Assembly: GCA_965248835.1 (NCBI GenBank) | Contig: CBDFLJ010000001.1 | Span: forward strand, 1,792,001-1,856,000 | Length of the DNA: 64,000 nucleotides | DNA from: Alphaproteobacteria bacterium | GTDB lineage: Bacteria; Pseudomonadota; Alphaproteobacteria; MPNO01 | Reading direction: 5' to 3' | Part shown: in pieces, positions 1 to 9,749 of the stretch | Layout: each line of letters begins with the position of its first letter | Numbering within the stretch: the first letter of the stretch is position 1 | Made by a program: the position numbers and the translations under genes | The notes under the pieces: generated by a model | What the model saw: only the letters and a program-made list of their open reading frames with translations | What the model was told of the DNA's origin: nothing | Database searches by the model: none

Positions 1-267
1 CCGACCGGTCGCCTCGCTATAGGCCCTGGCCTGTGCCGGATCGGCGCGCTCGACGCCGAACCGGGCCATGTCGAGCCCGGTCGAGAACGCCCGGCCGCCG
101 GTGCCGCGCACGATCACGCAGCCGACGCCGTCCGCGGCCTCGATCGCGCCGAGGACCGCTTCCAGCGCTTCCCAGTCCGCGCGTGCCAGCGCGTTGAACG
201 TCGCCGCCCTGGCCAGCGTGACCCAGGCGAGCGCGCCGTCCCGGGTGAGCAAGATCCCTTCACTCAT
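1..267 (-). CDS. Enoyl-CoA hydratase/isomerase family protein, N-terminal part (runs off the window edge)
   Basis: Not in the ORF track. Manual translation from ATG 267: MSEGILLTRDGALAWVTLARAATFNAL...CVIVRGTGGRAFSTGLDM, matching the crotonase N-terminal motifs (vTLnRp..NAL; G.AFsaGxD). Confidence 0.85.
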   Translation of the reverse strand, partial: MSEGILLTRDGALAWVTLARAATFNALARADWEALEAVLGAIEAADGVGCVIVRGTGGRAFSTGLDMARFGVERADPAQARAYSEATGR

Positions 268-336
268 GCGGCAAGGCTAACGCATTTGCCGTTCGAGGAA
301 AGTCGTCCCGGCGATGAAAATCCGCGCCGGTTCGCT

Positions 337-366
337 TTGTCATCCTCCGGCGATTCGCTCTATCAT
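337..366 (+). promoter_or_regulatory. Candidate sigma70 promoter for the cobS-like gene
   Basis: TTGTCA (337-342), 18-nt spacer, TATCAT (361-366). The spacer contains a GANTC site. Confidence 0.5.
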
Positions 367-404
367 CGCCGCGCCCGAGTGTGCCCCGAAGGCGAAGCCG
401 ATCC

Positions 405-1136
405 ATGGATACGTTCCGTTTTCTGATCGATATCACCGTATGCCTGCGGCGGCTGGGAGGCATCCCGCTGCCCGCCGATGGGCGGGAAACCGAACGAACG
501 CTCGCCCAGGCGGGCTGGGCTCTGCCGGTCCTGGGAGCCTTCTTTGGCGGAATTGTCGCGGCGGTTTATCTTGTGGTCTCCGCGCTCGGCCTCGGGCCGG
601 GGCTCGCCGCGGTGGTCGCCGTTGCCGTGTCGGTCGGTCTGACCGGCGCCGGCCCGGAGCGGGCACTGGCCGGTGCGGCCACGCATCTGGCATGGCGCGA
701 AGGGGACAGCCGGCCGTCATTCGGCGAATGGGGGACGATCTCGCTGGTGCTCGCGCTCGCCATCCGCATCGGGGTGATCGCGGCGATCGAAGATCCCCAC
801 GCGGTCGCCGGCGCGCTGGTCGGGGCCGGGGCGATCGGCTATGCGGCGCTGATGGCCGCCTTGGCCGCAACCGCCGCCGAGACCGAAGCGCCGGCCGGCG
901 AACCCGGCACGCCCGGGATCGGCGCCGTCGGGGCCGCGGTGCTGATCGGGCTCGCGGTCTCTCTGATCGTGGTCCCGCATGGCTGGCTCGCCGCGGTGAT
1001 CCTGGCCGGGCTGGCGACCGCCGGCCTCGCCTGGACGGCCTCGCGGCGGGTGCCGGGCGTCAGCGGTGCGCTCGGCCGGGCAGCGATGCCGGTCGCCGAG
1101 GCCTTGGCGTTGCTGGCAATCGCCGCCGCCCGCTGA
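405..1136 (+). CDS. CobS-like (cobalamin synthase fold) membrane protein with degenerate catalytic motifs
   Basis: Hydrophobic multi-TM protein with CobS layout (L..IP, W.lP.vG, LTGA..., G..G.i.lvl...iR). The LHxDGLAD and TGDxxG motifs are replaced by GPERALAG and SGALGR. Start placed at ATG 405. Confidence 0.6.
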   Translation: MDTFRFLIDITVCLRRLGGIPLPADGRETERTLAQAGWALPVLGAFFGGIVAAVYLVVSALGLGPGLAAVVAVAVSVGLTGAGPERALAGAATHLAWREGDSRPSFGEWGTISLVLALAIRIGVIAAIEDPHAVAGALVGAGAIGYAALMAALAATAAETEAPAGEPGTPGIGAVGAAVLIGLAVSLIVVPHGWLAAVILAGLATAGLAWTASRRVPGVSGALGRAAMPVAEALALLAIAAAR

Positions 1137-1173
1137 GCCGGGCCGGGCCGGGCAGAGCTGATCGGAACATGGG

Positions 1174-3258
1174 CTACGCCTCCTCGGGGCCAAGCACCAT
1201 CAGCAGGAACGCGTAGACCATCGCGACTTCCTCCAGCCGGCGAAACCGGCCCGAGGCGCCGCCGTGGCCGGCCGCCATGTTGGTGTGCAGCAGGAGCGGC
1301 CGGTCATCGGTCTTGAGCCGGCGGAGCCGCGCCACCCACTTGGCGGGCTCCCAATAGGTCACCCGCGGGTCGGTCAGTCCCGCAGTGGCGAAGATCGCCG
1401 GATAGTCCTGCGCCGCGACGTTGTCGTAGGGCGAATAGGACCGGATGGTTCGGAAGGCGGCCTCGTCCTCGATCGGGTTGCCCCATTCGGGCCATTCCGG
1501 GGGGGTCAGCGGCAGGTCCGCGTCGCACATGGTGTTGAGCACGTCGACGAACGGCACCTCGGCCAGGACCGCGCCGTAGAGGTCCGGCCGCTGGTTCGCC
1601 ACCGCGCCCATCAGCATGCCGCCGGCGCTGCCGCCATGGGCGGCGATCCGGCCCTTGGCGGTCAGCCCCAGCGCGAGGAGGTGATCGCCGGCGGCGTTGA
1701 AGTCGGCAAACGTGTTGGGCTTCTTCTCGCGCTTGCCGTCGAGATACCAGCCATAGCCGCAATCGGCGCCGCCGCGGATATGGGCGATCGCGTAGATGAA
1801 CCCGCGGTCGACCAGGCTCAACCGGTTGGTCGAGAACGCCGCCGGGATCGCATGTCCGTAGGCGCCGTAGCCGTAGAGCAGCACCGGCGCGGTCCCGTCG
1901 AGCGGCGTGTCCGCGCGGTGGAGCAGCGAGATCGGCACCTGCGCGCCGTCATGGCCGGTCGCGGTGAGCCTGCGGGTGACATAGGCGGCCGGGTCGTGGC
2001 CGGAGGGGATTTCCTGGGTCTTGCGCAGGGTCCGGGCGCGGCTGGCCATGTCGTAGTCGAAGGTCTGCTGCGGCGTGGTCATCGAGCTGTAGGTGAAGCG
2101 CAGGCTCGCTGTGGCGAACTCGTAGCCCGGCAGGATGCCGAGGTCGTAGGCTTCCTCGTCGAAGGCGATTTCGTGCTCCTCACCTTCGGCCAGGCTGGTG
2201 ATCACGATGCGCGGCAGCCCGTCCGCACGCTCGAGCCGGACCAGATGGCCCTCGAAGGCGGTCAACCTGCGGACATGGCGGCCCGTCCGGTGCGCCAACC
2301 AGTCCCGCCACGACCGGCGGCCGGGCGCGGCGAGCGGGGCCGCGACGATCTTGAAGTCGATCGCATCATCGGCGTTGGTCAGGATGTAGAGTTGGTCGCC
2401 GTGATGGGCGGGGTGATATTCGATCCCGGCCTCGCGCGCGGCGATCAGGCGCGGCGCGCTTTCGGGGTCATCGGCCTCGATCAGGCGGACTTCCGAGGTC
2501 GTGTGGTCATGCGCCGAGATCACCACGAACCGGCCGCTTTCGGACTTCCCCAGGCCGACAAAGAACCCCGGGTCCGGCTCGTCATAGACCACCGCATCAT
2601 CGGCGGCATCGGCGCCCACGACGTGGCGGCGGATCTGATGCGGGCGGTGGTTGTCGTCGATCGCCGTGTAGAAGATGGTCCTGGCATCGTTGGCCCAGAC
2701 CAGGTGGCCGCCTGCGTCTTCGATCGGGCCGTCGATCACCGCATCGGCGGCGATGTCGCGCACGAAGATCCGGTAGCGCTCCGAGCCGTTGAGGTCGAGG
2801 CTGTAGGCGATCAGGCGGTGATCGGGGCTGTGCCGGCAATGGCCGACCTTGAAATAGGCGGCCCCTTCGGCCTCGCGGTTGCCGTCGAGCAGGATGTGCT
2901 CGGCTTGCTCCCGGCCCATGGCCGCGCGGCAAAACAGCGGATGCTCGCCGCCCTCGACATGGCGGACGGAATAGGACCAGGCGCCGTCCCGCGCCGGGAC
3001 CGTGGAGTCGTCCTCCTTGATGCGCGCCCGCATTTCGTCATAGAGCGTCTTGCGCAACGCCCGGTGGGGCGCGAGCACGGCCTCGGTGTAGGCGTTCTCG
3101 GCCTCCAGATAGGCGCGGATCGCCGCATCGAGCGTGGTCGGATCGCGCATCACGGCCTGCCAGCCCTTGTCCTTGAGCCAGGCGTAGGGATCGCTGCGGG
3201 CGATACCGTGCAGGGTGGCGGTCCGCGGTTGCTCGGGCGCGCGGGGCGGTGCGCTCAT
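1174..3258 (-). CDS. ptrB: Oligopeptidase B (S9A prolyl oligopeptidase family)
   Basis: DPYAWL at the N-terminus, GYGAYG, nucleophile motif GGSAGG, DPRV and AGHGG catalytic triad motifs; 694 aa. Confidence 0.95.
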   Translation of the reverse strand: MSAPPRAPEQPRTATLHGIARSDPYAWLKDKGWQAVMRDPTTLDAAIRAYLEAENAYTEAVLAPHRALRKTLYDEMRARIKEDDSTVPARDGAWSYSVRHVEGGEHPLFCRAAMGREQAEHILLDGNREAEGAAYFKVGHCRHSPDHRLIAYSLDLNGSERYRIFVRDIAADAVIDGPIEDAGGHLVWANDARTIFYTAIDDNHRPHQIRRHVVGADAADDAVVYDEPDPGFFVGLGKSESGRFVVISAHDHTTSEVRLIEADDPESAPRLIAAREAGIEYHPAHHGDQLYILTNADDAIDFKIVAAPLAAPGRRSWRDWLAHRTGRHVRRLTAFEGHLVRLERADGLPRIVITSLAEGEEHEIAFDEEAYDLGILPGYEFATASLRFTYSSMTTPQQTFDYDMASRARTLRKTQEIPSGHDPAAYVTRRLTATGHDGAQVPISLLHRADTPLDGTAPVLLYGYGAYGHAIPAAFSTNRLSLVDRGFIYAIAHIRGGADCGYGWYLDGKREKKPNTFADFNAAGDHLLALGLTAKGRIAAHGGSAGGMLMGAVANQRPDLYGAVLAEVPFVDVLNTMCDADLPLTPPEWPEWGNPIEDEAAFRTIRSYSPYDNVAAQDYPAIFATAGLTDPRVTYWEPAKWVARLRRLKTDDRPLLLHTNMAAGHGGASGRFRRLEEVAMVYAFLLMVLGPEEA

Positions 3259-3412
3259 GCAAGAAGCCTTTCGTTTGAGCGGCCGGAAGACCTAGCCGAA
3301 ATCCGCCAAGGCGCACAGAGAAATAAAACACCGATCCGGTGCTTGACCATCCGAGCCGGCAAGGGCCAATTAGGACGCGAGATCATTCACGACACCGGCA
3401 AGGTCGTGTCCA

Positions 3413-4645
3413 ATGTCCCAGAGAGTCGGGCTGTCCGCGCGGCGCAAGTCGGTACCGGTTCCCATCGGTGGGGTGGTCGTCGGGGGCGATGCACCGGTCG
3501 TGGTCCAGTCGATGACCAACACCGATACCGCCGATGTCGAAGCGACCGCCGCCCAGGTCGCCGCGCTCGCCCGCGCCGGCTCGGAGATCGTGCGTATCAC
3601 CGTCGACCGGGCCGAAGCCGCCGATGCGGTGCCGCGCATCCGCGACCGGCTGACGGCGCTCGGCGTCGAGGTCCCGCTGGTCGGCGATTTCCACTATATC
3701 GGACACAAACTGCTCACCGACCATCCGGCGTGCGCCGAGGCGTTGGCTAAATACCGCATCAACCCCGGAAATGTCGGCTTTCGCGCCAAGCGCGACGTGC
3801 AGTTCTCGACCATGATCGAAGTGGCGCTGAAATACGACCGGCCGGTGCGCATCGGAGTCAATTGGGGCAGCCTCGACCAGGAACTCCTGGCCCGGATGAT
3901 GGACGAGAACGCCAGGCGCGCCGAGCCTGCGGACGCTGCCCAGATCACCCGCGAGGCCATGGTCGCCTCGGCCCTGGGCAGCGCCGAGCGCGCCGGCGCG
4001 CTCGGCATGGGGCCGGACAAGATCGTGCTGTCGTGCAAGGTCTCCGCCGTCCAGGACCTGATTGCGGTCTATTCCGCGCTTGCCGCGCAGTGCGCGTACG
4101 CGCTCCACCTCGGGCTCACCGAGGCCGGCATGGGCAGCAAGGGGATCGTCGCCTCGACGGCGGCGCTTGCGGTGCTGCTCCAGCAGGGGATCGGCGATAC
4201 CATCCGCATCTCGCTTACGCCCGAGCCCGGCGGGGACCGCACCCGCGAAGTGATCGTCGCCCAGGAGATCCTGCAGACCATGGGCCTGCGCTCGTTCGTG
4301 CCCCTGGTCGCGGCCTGTCCGGGCTGCGGGCGGACGACCAGCACCGTCTTCCAGGAGCTTGCCGATCGCATCCAGGGCTATTTGCGCGACAAGATGCCCG
4401 ACTGGTCCCGGACCCATATCGGAGTCGAGACCATGAACGTCGCCGTGATGGGCTGCATCGTCAACGGCCCGGGCGAAAGCAAGCACGCCAATATCGGCAT
4501 CAGCCTGCCCGGCACCGGCGAGGAGCCGGCCGCCCCGGTCTTCGTCGACGGCAAGAAGACCGTCACCTTGCGCGGCCCCGCCATCGCCGACGCGTTTCAG
4601 CGCCTGGTCGACGACTATGTCGAGAACCACTATGCGCGCCGCTGA
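3413..4645 (+). CDS. ispG: 4-hydroxy-3-methylbut-2-en-1-yl diphosphate synthase
   Basis: [51 protein letters not shown]. Confidence 0.97.
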   Translation: MSQRVGLSARRKSVPVPIGGVVVGGDAPVVVQSMTNTDTADVEATAAQVAALARAGSEIVRITVDRAEAADAVPRIRDRLTALGVEVPLVGDFHYIGHKLLTDHPACAEALAKYRINPGNVGFRAKRDVQFSTMIEVALKYDRPVRIGVNWGSLDQELLARMMDENARRAEPADAAQITREAMVASALGSAERAGALGMGPDKIVLSCKVSAVQDLIAVYSALAAQCAYALHLGLTEAGMGSKGIVASTAALAVLLQQGIGDTIRISLTPEPGGDRTREVIVAQEILQTMGLRSFVPLVAACPGCGRTTSTVFQELADRIQGYLRDKMPDWSRTHIGVETMNVAVMGCIVNGPGESKHANIGISLPGTGEEPAAPVFVDGKKTVTLRGPAIADAFQRLVDDYVENHYARR

Positions 4646-4723
4646 GACGGCCGCCGGTGGGCAGCCGCCCCGGCGAGCGATCCAATGAGCCGGCCGAACG
4701 GCGCGCCGGCATGGGGACAAGCG

Positions 4724-5998
4724 ATGAGCACACCGGTCAAGAAGTTCGATTTGATCCTGCGCGGCGGCCATGTCATCGACCCCGCGGCCCGGCGCAACGG
4801 GCCGGCCGATGTCGCTGTAAGCGGCGGCCGGATCGCCGCCGTCGGCAAGGGGCTGAAGGGCGCCAAGCGGGTCATCGACGTGACCGGCAGCATCGTCCTG
4901 CCGGGCATGATCGACACCCACGCCCATGTCTACAAGCACGTGACGGGGAAGTTCGGGCTCGACGCCGACATGTGCGGCATCCGCTCGGGCGTGACCACGC
5001 TGGTCGACCAGGGCGGACCGAGCCTGATGACCGTCCCCGGGTTCCGCCGCTTCGTCGTCGATCAGGCCACCACCCGGGTCCTGTGCTTCCTGTCGGCCTA
5101 CATGGTGGGCGGGCTGGAGGGGCACTACTACCCCTCGCTGTACGGCCCGGATCAGGTCGATGTCGAGGGCACTGCCCAGGCGGCGATCGAGAACGCCGAC
5201 ATCGTCAAGGGCATCAAGGCCCACGGAGAGATCGGCGGCGCCTCGCGCTGGGGCTGTGAGGTGGTCAAGCGCGCCAAGGAGATCGCGCGCATCGCCAAGA
5301 TGCCGATCTACATCCATCTGGGCCAGGTGTGGCCGACCAAGGACAACCGCAACGTCGATCCCGACGAGATTGTGCGCCAGTTCGTGCCCTTGATGGAGGA
5401 GGGCGACATCCTCGCCCATCCGTTCACCCGCCACCCGGGCGGGTTCATCTCCGCCGAGACCGGCAAGATCCACCCCGTGGTGATGGAGGCGATCGCGCGC
5501 GGGGTGCGGATCGATGTCGGGCACGGCTCGCATTTCAGCCTCAGGATGGCGCGCATGGTGCTGGACCAGGGGATCGTCCCCTACACGCTGGGCGCGGACC
5601 TGCACGGCTACAACGTCACCGCGCCCGAGGAGGCCATCGGCTCGAAGTCCAAGTGGTACGACCCCTTCGTCGAGAACGCCCCGTTCAGCCTGTGCCACGC
5701 GATGACGGAGCTGTTGACGCTCGGCCTGGCGCTGCCGGACATCGTCAAGATGGTCACCTCGCACGCCGCGATCGTGCTGGGCATGCAAAAGCACATCGGC
5801 ACGCTCAGGAAGGGCCGCGCGGCCGATGTGAGCGTGATCGACCTGGTTTCCGGTCGCTGGGAGCTGCGCGACAACTCCGGCGATATGATGATCGCCGAGC
5901 GCGCGGTGGTGCCGCGCTTCGTGCTCAAGGACGGCGTGCGGTTCGATGCCGACTCGCCGATCCTGCCGCTTCCTGCCCCGGCGGCCGAAGCGGCCTAG
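4724..5998 (+). CDS. Metallo-amidohydrolase, dihydroorotase-like (EF_0837/Atu3266-type) family
   Basis: PGMIDTHAH, GIKAH (carboxy-Lys position), YIHLG, LAHPF, DVGHGSHF, GADLH. Start set at ATG 4724 after GGGGACAAG. Confidence 0.85.
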   Translation: MSTPVKKFDLILRGGHVIDPAARRNGPADVAVSGGRIAAVGKGLKGAKRVIDVTGSIVLPGMIDTHAHVYKHVTGKFGLDADMCGIRSGVTTLVDQGGPSLMTVPGFRRFVVDQATTRVLCFLSAYMVGGLEGHYYPSLYGPDQVDVEGTAQAAIENADIVKGIKAHGEIGGASRWGCEVVKRAKEIARIAKMPIYIHLGQVWPTKDNRNVDPDEIVRQFVPLMEEGDILAHPFTRHPGGFISAETGKIHPVVMEAIARGVRIDVGHGSHFSLRMARMVLDQGIVPYTLGADLHGYNVTAPEEAIGSKSKWYDPFVENAPFSLCHAMTELLTLGLALPDIVKMVTSHAAIVLGMQKHIGTLRKGRAADVSVIDLVSGRWELRDNSGDMMIAERAVVPRFVLKDGVRFDADSPILPLPAPAAEAA

Positions 5999-6014
5999 CC
6001 GGCGGGCAGGGTCG

Positions 6015-6860
6015 GTGACGGCAGGCATCCCCCGCAAGGGCGACAGGGTCGCCGGCAAGGTCGCGCTGGTCACCGGCGCCGGCTCGATCGGGCCGGGCTG
6101 GGGCAACGGCAAGGCCGCCTCCGTGCTCTATGCCTGCGAAGGCGCCAAGGTCTTCGCGGTCGACAACCGTCTCGAGGCGGTCGAGGAGACCCGGGCGATC
6201 ATCGAGGACGCGCACGGCGTGTGCACGGCCGAACGGGCCGACGTCACCGACGAGCGCGAGGTGGCTGCGATGGTGGCCGCGTGCGTCGAGACGTTCGGCC
6301 GGATCGACATCCTGCACAACAATGTCGGCGGCTCGGGACCGGGGGCGGCGATCCTGGAGACCGCCCTCGATGACTGGAACGCGGTGCTCGCGCGCAACGT
6401 CAGCGCCGCCTTCATGACCATCAAGGCGGTCCTGCCGCACATGGAGCGTCAGGGCGGCGGGGCGATCGTCAACATCTCCTCGATCGCCGGCATCAGCCAT
6501 ATCGGCGTGCCCTCGACGTCGTACTCGGCGGCCAAGGGGGCGCTCAACCAGCTCACCCAGAACATCGCCGTGGAATACGCGGCCAAGAACATCCGGGCGA
6601 ACTGCGTCGCACCCGGCCTGATGAATACGCCCTTCATCCTGCGCGAGAAAGACGGCGTGCCGAACCATATCCGCAAAGGCTACAAGACCGTCGAGGAATA
6701 CCACGCCGCGCGGTCCGCGAAGATCCCGATGCGCCGGATGGGCGATGCCTGGGACGTCGCCCGCGCCGCCCTGTTCCTCGCCTCCGATGATGCCGCCTAC
6801 ATCACCGGCCAGTGCCTGGTGGTCGACGGCGGGGTGACTGCGACGAGCCCCGGCGCGTGA
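6015..6860 (+). CDS. SDR family oxidoreductase
   Basis: VTGAGSIGPGWGNG, HNNVG, NISS, YSAAK, NCVAPG. GTG start at 6015 is assumed. Confidence 0.9.
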   Translation: MTAGIPRKGDRVAGKVALVTGAGSIGPGWGNGKAASVLYACEGAKVFAVDNRLEAVEETRAIIEDAHGVCTAERADVTDEREVAAMVAACVETFGRIDILHNNVGGSGPGAAILETALDDWNAVLARNVSAAFMTIKAVLPHMERQGGGAIVNISSIAGISHIGVPSTSYSAAKGALNQLTQNIAVEYAAKNIRANCVAPGLMNTPFILREKDGVPNHIRKGYKTVEEYHAARSAKIPMRRMGDAWDVARAALFLASDDAAYITGQCLVVDGGVTATSPGA

Positions 6861-6875
6861 ACCCGGCCGGCGGGT

Positions 6876-7799
6876 CTATTCCGCCGCCCCGGCCGCGGCG
6901 GTCAGGCTCAGGGCTTCGGTCCGCGTCTCCGGCAGGGTGCGGGTCGAGCCCCACATGCAGCCGTTGAACCGGTCCATCCCGAACTGGCGGGGCCGATAGG
7001 TCGCCTCCTGTTCCGGCAGGATGTGCTTCACTCCGCAGGAATACTCGAAGATCATCCCGTCCGGTCCTTCGAAATAGACCATGATGGCGGTCGAGATCGG
7101 ATGCCGGCCGGGGCCCCAGGTGATGCGAATGCCCTGCTCTGTGAGCCAGTAATAGGCCTTCATCACATCGTCGATGCCCTCGACCTGATGGTTGATGTGC
7201 TCGATGCCGCCGTGGTTGGTGGGAAACAGCACCACCGAATGGTGGACCGTGTCGATCCGCAGGAACGGTGACTCGCCGAGCCAGTCCGAGACCCTGGCAT
7301 TGCACACCTGCGTCCAGAAGGCCTGGTCGCGCTGCGCGTCGCTGCTGTAGAGCCCGATGTGGCTGAAATGGGTGATGCCGGCATCGCGGCTTGGGAAGTA
7401 GCGGACGCCGCTATGATAGGGCCGGGCGACGATCTCGATCTTGTTGCCCGACGGATCGGTGGTCGCGATCATATCCCGGGTGCACCTGATCTCGCACTCC
7501 TCGTGCGTGCCGTGGCGCACGGGACGGCCGGCCTTCTCGAGCTCCGCTGCGACGGTATCGAGGTCATCGGGGTTCAGCAGGTCGAACCCGATGGTGTGAT
7601 CGGCCGGATCGCCTTCGAAATAGACCAGCGTGTGGTCGCGCGTGTCGCCGCGCACCTCGGCGACGTCGCTGCGGAAATAGGCGGCCTTGCCCTGCCTTGC
7701 CACGAGCTGCAGGCCGATGACATCGGTTGCGAACTTGACCGCCGAGTCCAGGTCGTGCGTTCCCATCCGCACGTATCGGATGTCCTTCAGATTGATCAT
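6876..7799 (-). CDS. VOC-family extradiol ring-cleavage dioxygenase, CmtC/DhbA (2,3-dihydroxybenzoate-type)-like
   Basis: DIRYVRMGT, FSHIGL, HHSVVLF, IEHINHQV, GPGRHP...VYFEGPDGMIFEY; the His/His/Glu metal ligands are retained. Confidence 0.8.
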   Translation of the reverse strand: MINLKDIRYVRMGTHDLDSAVKFATDVIGLQLVARQGKAAYFRSDVAEVRGDTRDHTLVYFEGDPADHTIGFDLLNPDDLDTVAAELEKAGRPVRHGTHEECEIRCTRDMIATTDPSGNKIEIVARPYHSGVRYFPSRDAGITHFSHIGLYSSDAQRDQAFWTQVCNARVSDWLGESPFLRIDTVHHSVVLFPTNHGGIEHINHQVEGIDDVMKAYYWLTEQGIRITWGPGRHPISTAIMVYFEGPDGMIFEYSCGVKHILPEQEATYRPRQFGMDRFNGCMWGSTRTLPETRTEALSLTAAAGAAE

Positions 7800-7927
7800 C
7801 GGCGTTCCTTCATCAAAGCGCCCATGCCCCGTGGTCCCGCCCTCGAACTCTTTGCGGCCGCCCTGGACGGTTGGCATTATGCCCCTCGATCGAGCTGGGT
7901 TCGAACGAATTCGAAAGGCAGGGCAGG

Positions 7928-8806
7928 ATGGGCGAGGCGGTTTACCGGAACTACGATTCCGAGGCGCTCTATGCGCAGTACAACAATCGCGCGATGGTGG
8001 CAGCGGACATCCGCGAGGTGCACAAGGACGAGCAGACCAGGCGTGCCGAGGTGTTCACCGCCGCCGCCGGGCGCGCCGCGTTCGACCTCGCCTACGGCCC
8101 CAGCCCGCGCGAACGCCTGGACCTGTTCCTGCCCCAAGGCGAGGACGCGCCGCTCCTTGCCTTCATCCACGGCGGCTATTGGCAGTGGAACGACAAGGAG
8201 CCCTTTGCCTTCCTCGCCGAGCAGATCGTGCCGGCCGGCGCCGCCTTCGCCAATATCGAATACACGCTCTGCCCCGATGTCAGCCTGACCGGGCTGACCG
8301 ATCAGGTGCGCCGGGCCATGGCGTTCCTGTGGCGCGAGGCGCTCCGGTTCGGGATCGACCGCGACCGTATCGTGGTCTCGGGCCACTCGGCCGGCGGGCA
8401 TTTGACGGCGATGATGATGGCAACCGACTGGCCGGCCTTCGCCGAAGACCTGCCGGCGAACCTCGTCGCGGCCGGGCTGCCGATCAGCGGCGTCTACGAC
8501 CTGGAGCCGGTCCGGCTGACCCCGCTCAACGATCTGGTCGGGCTCGACGAGGCGGAGGCGCGCGCGCTGAGCCCGGAATTCGCCGTCCCGCCGTCCCGGG
8601 CGCCCATGGTGGTCGTCGCCGGCGGCGCCGAATCCGATGAGTTCGTCCGCCAGGCCCGCGCCTTCGCCGATGCCTGGAGCGCCCATGGGGTGAGCGCCGA
8701 GGTCGTGGTGCCGGCCGGGCTCGATCACTTCACCGTCCTCGACACCCTGGCCGAGCCGGGCCACGAAGTCTGCACGGCGGCGCTTCGCCTGCTCGGCCTG
8801 CGATAG
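7928..8806 (+). CDS. Alpha/beta hydrolase, arylformamidase (kynurenine formamidase)-like
   Basis: QYNNR, FIHGGYW, GHSAGGHL, ISGVYDL, DHF. Confidence 0.85.
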   Translation: MGEAVYRNYDSEALYAQYNNRAMVAADIREVHKDEQTRRAEVFTAAAGRAAFDLAYGPSPRERLDLFLPQGEDAPLLAFIHGGYWQWNDKEPFAFLAEQIVPAGAAFANIEYTLCPDVSLTGLTDQVRRAMAFLWREALRFGIDRDRIVVSGHSAGGHLTAMMMATDWPAFAEDLPANLVAAGLPISGVYDLEPVRLTPLNDLVGLDEAEARALSPEFAVPPSRAPMVVVAGGAESDEFVRQARAFADAWSAHGVSAEVVVPAGLDHFTVLDTLAEPGHEVCTAALRLLGLR

Positions 8807-8887
8807 ATCCGTCGCCGCCGTCGCCTTTCGGATCTCGATCGGCGGGCCGGCTATACTGCCGCCCGGACGGCGCGTGAGTGGGCGGAC

Positions 8888-9655
8888 ATGGACGGAGCGG
8901 ACATCGCGTTTCTGGGGATGGCGGGGATCGGGCCGTGGGTCTTCGCCGGACTGTGCGTTGCCGCCCTGCTGACCAACTTCATCGCCGCGGTTTCCGGCAC
9001 CGCGGGCGGGTTGATTCTGCTGGCGATCATGGCGTTCGTCTTTCCTCCGGCGCTTCTGATCCCGGTACACACCATCGTTCAGCTCGGCGGCAGTTTGAGC
9101 ATCGTCGCCTCACGCTGGCGCTACCTGATGCGCGGCGTCGTCGGACCGTTCACCCTGGGCTGTGTCGTCGGGGCGGCGCTCGGCGGGCGGATCTTCATCA
9201 GCCTGCCGCAGAGCACGCTCCAGATCATCCTGGGCGTCAGCATCCTGATCCTCGCCTGGGTGCCGCGGCTTGCACGGTTCGGGCCGGAGCGCGGCCGCTT
9301 CGTCTTCGTCGGGTTCATCGTCACCTTCCTCGGCGTGTTCATCAGCGCAACCGGGACCCTGCTTGCGACTTTCACCGCTGCGGTCGCCCCGGACAGGCGC
9401 AACCACATCGCGACCGTCAGCGGTCTGATGTGCATCGTCCACGTCGCCAAGCTCGTGGCCTTCGGCGTGCTCGGCTTCGGCTTCGGCAGCTACGCACCCT
9501 TGATGGCGGCGATGATCGCAGCCTCGGTCATCGGCACCTGGCTCGCCCGGATGGTGCTCGACCGGATCCCCGAACGGCTGTTCCGCATCGCCTTCCAGAC
9601 CATTCTGACCGCGCTCGCGCTGCGTCTGGTCTGGGTCGCGGCCGGCGGACCTTAG
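8888..9655 (+). CDS. TauE/SafE family exporter
   Basis: About 8 TM segments, 255 aa, AVSGTAGG and ISATG repeats typical of TSUP proteins. Confidence 0.85.
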   Translation: MDGADIAFLGMAGIGPWVFAGLCVAALLTNFIAAVSGTAGGLILLAIMAFVFPPALLIPVHTIVQLGGSLSIVASRWRYLMRGVVGPFTLGCVVGAALGGRIFISLPQSTLQIILGVSILILAWVPRLARFGPERGRFVFVGFIVTFLGVFISATGTLLATFTAAVAPDRRNHIATVSGLMCIVHVAKLVAFGVLGFGFGSYAPLMAAMIAASVIGTWLARMVLDRIPERLFRIAFQTILTALALRLVWVAAGGP

Positions 9656-9749
9656 CTCCGCGCGGCGCGGAGGGGTTATCATCCATCGTACGAGAGCCCC
9701 GTGAGCGCCGAGGCCCGCCCTCAATGACCCACCAAGCCGCGAAGTCTGG

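Noticed and set aside
1137-1153. GCCGG x3 microrepeat after the cobS-like gene
   Set aside because: Too short and expected at this GC content.
1264-6112. Very long antisense ORFs (828 aa at 1264..3750, 909 aa at 3383..6112) and similar ones throughout (45540..47873, 10490..12586)
   Set aside because: Shadow frames of well-identified genes. High GC suppresses stop codons, and the translations carry no recognisable motifs.
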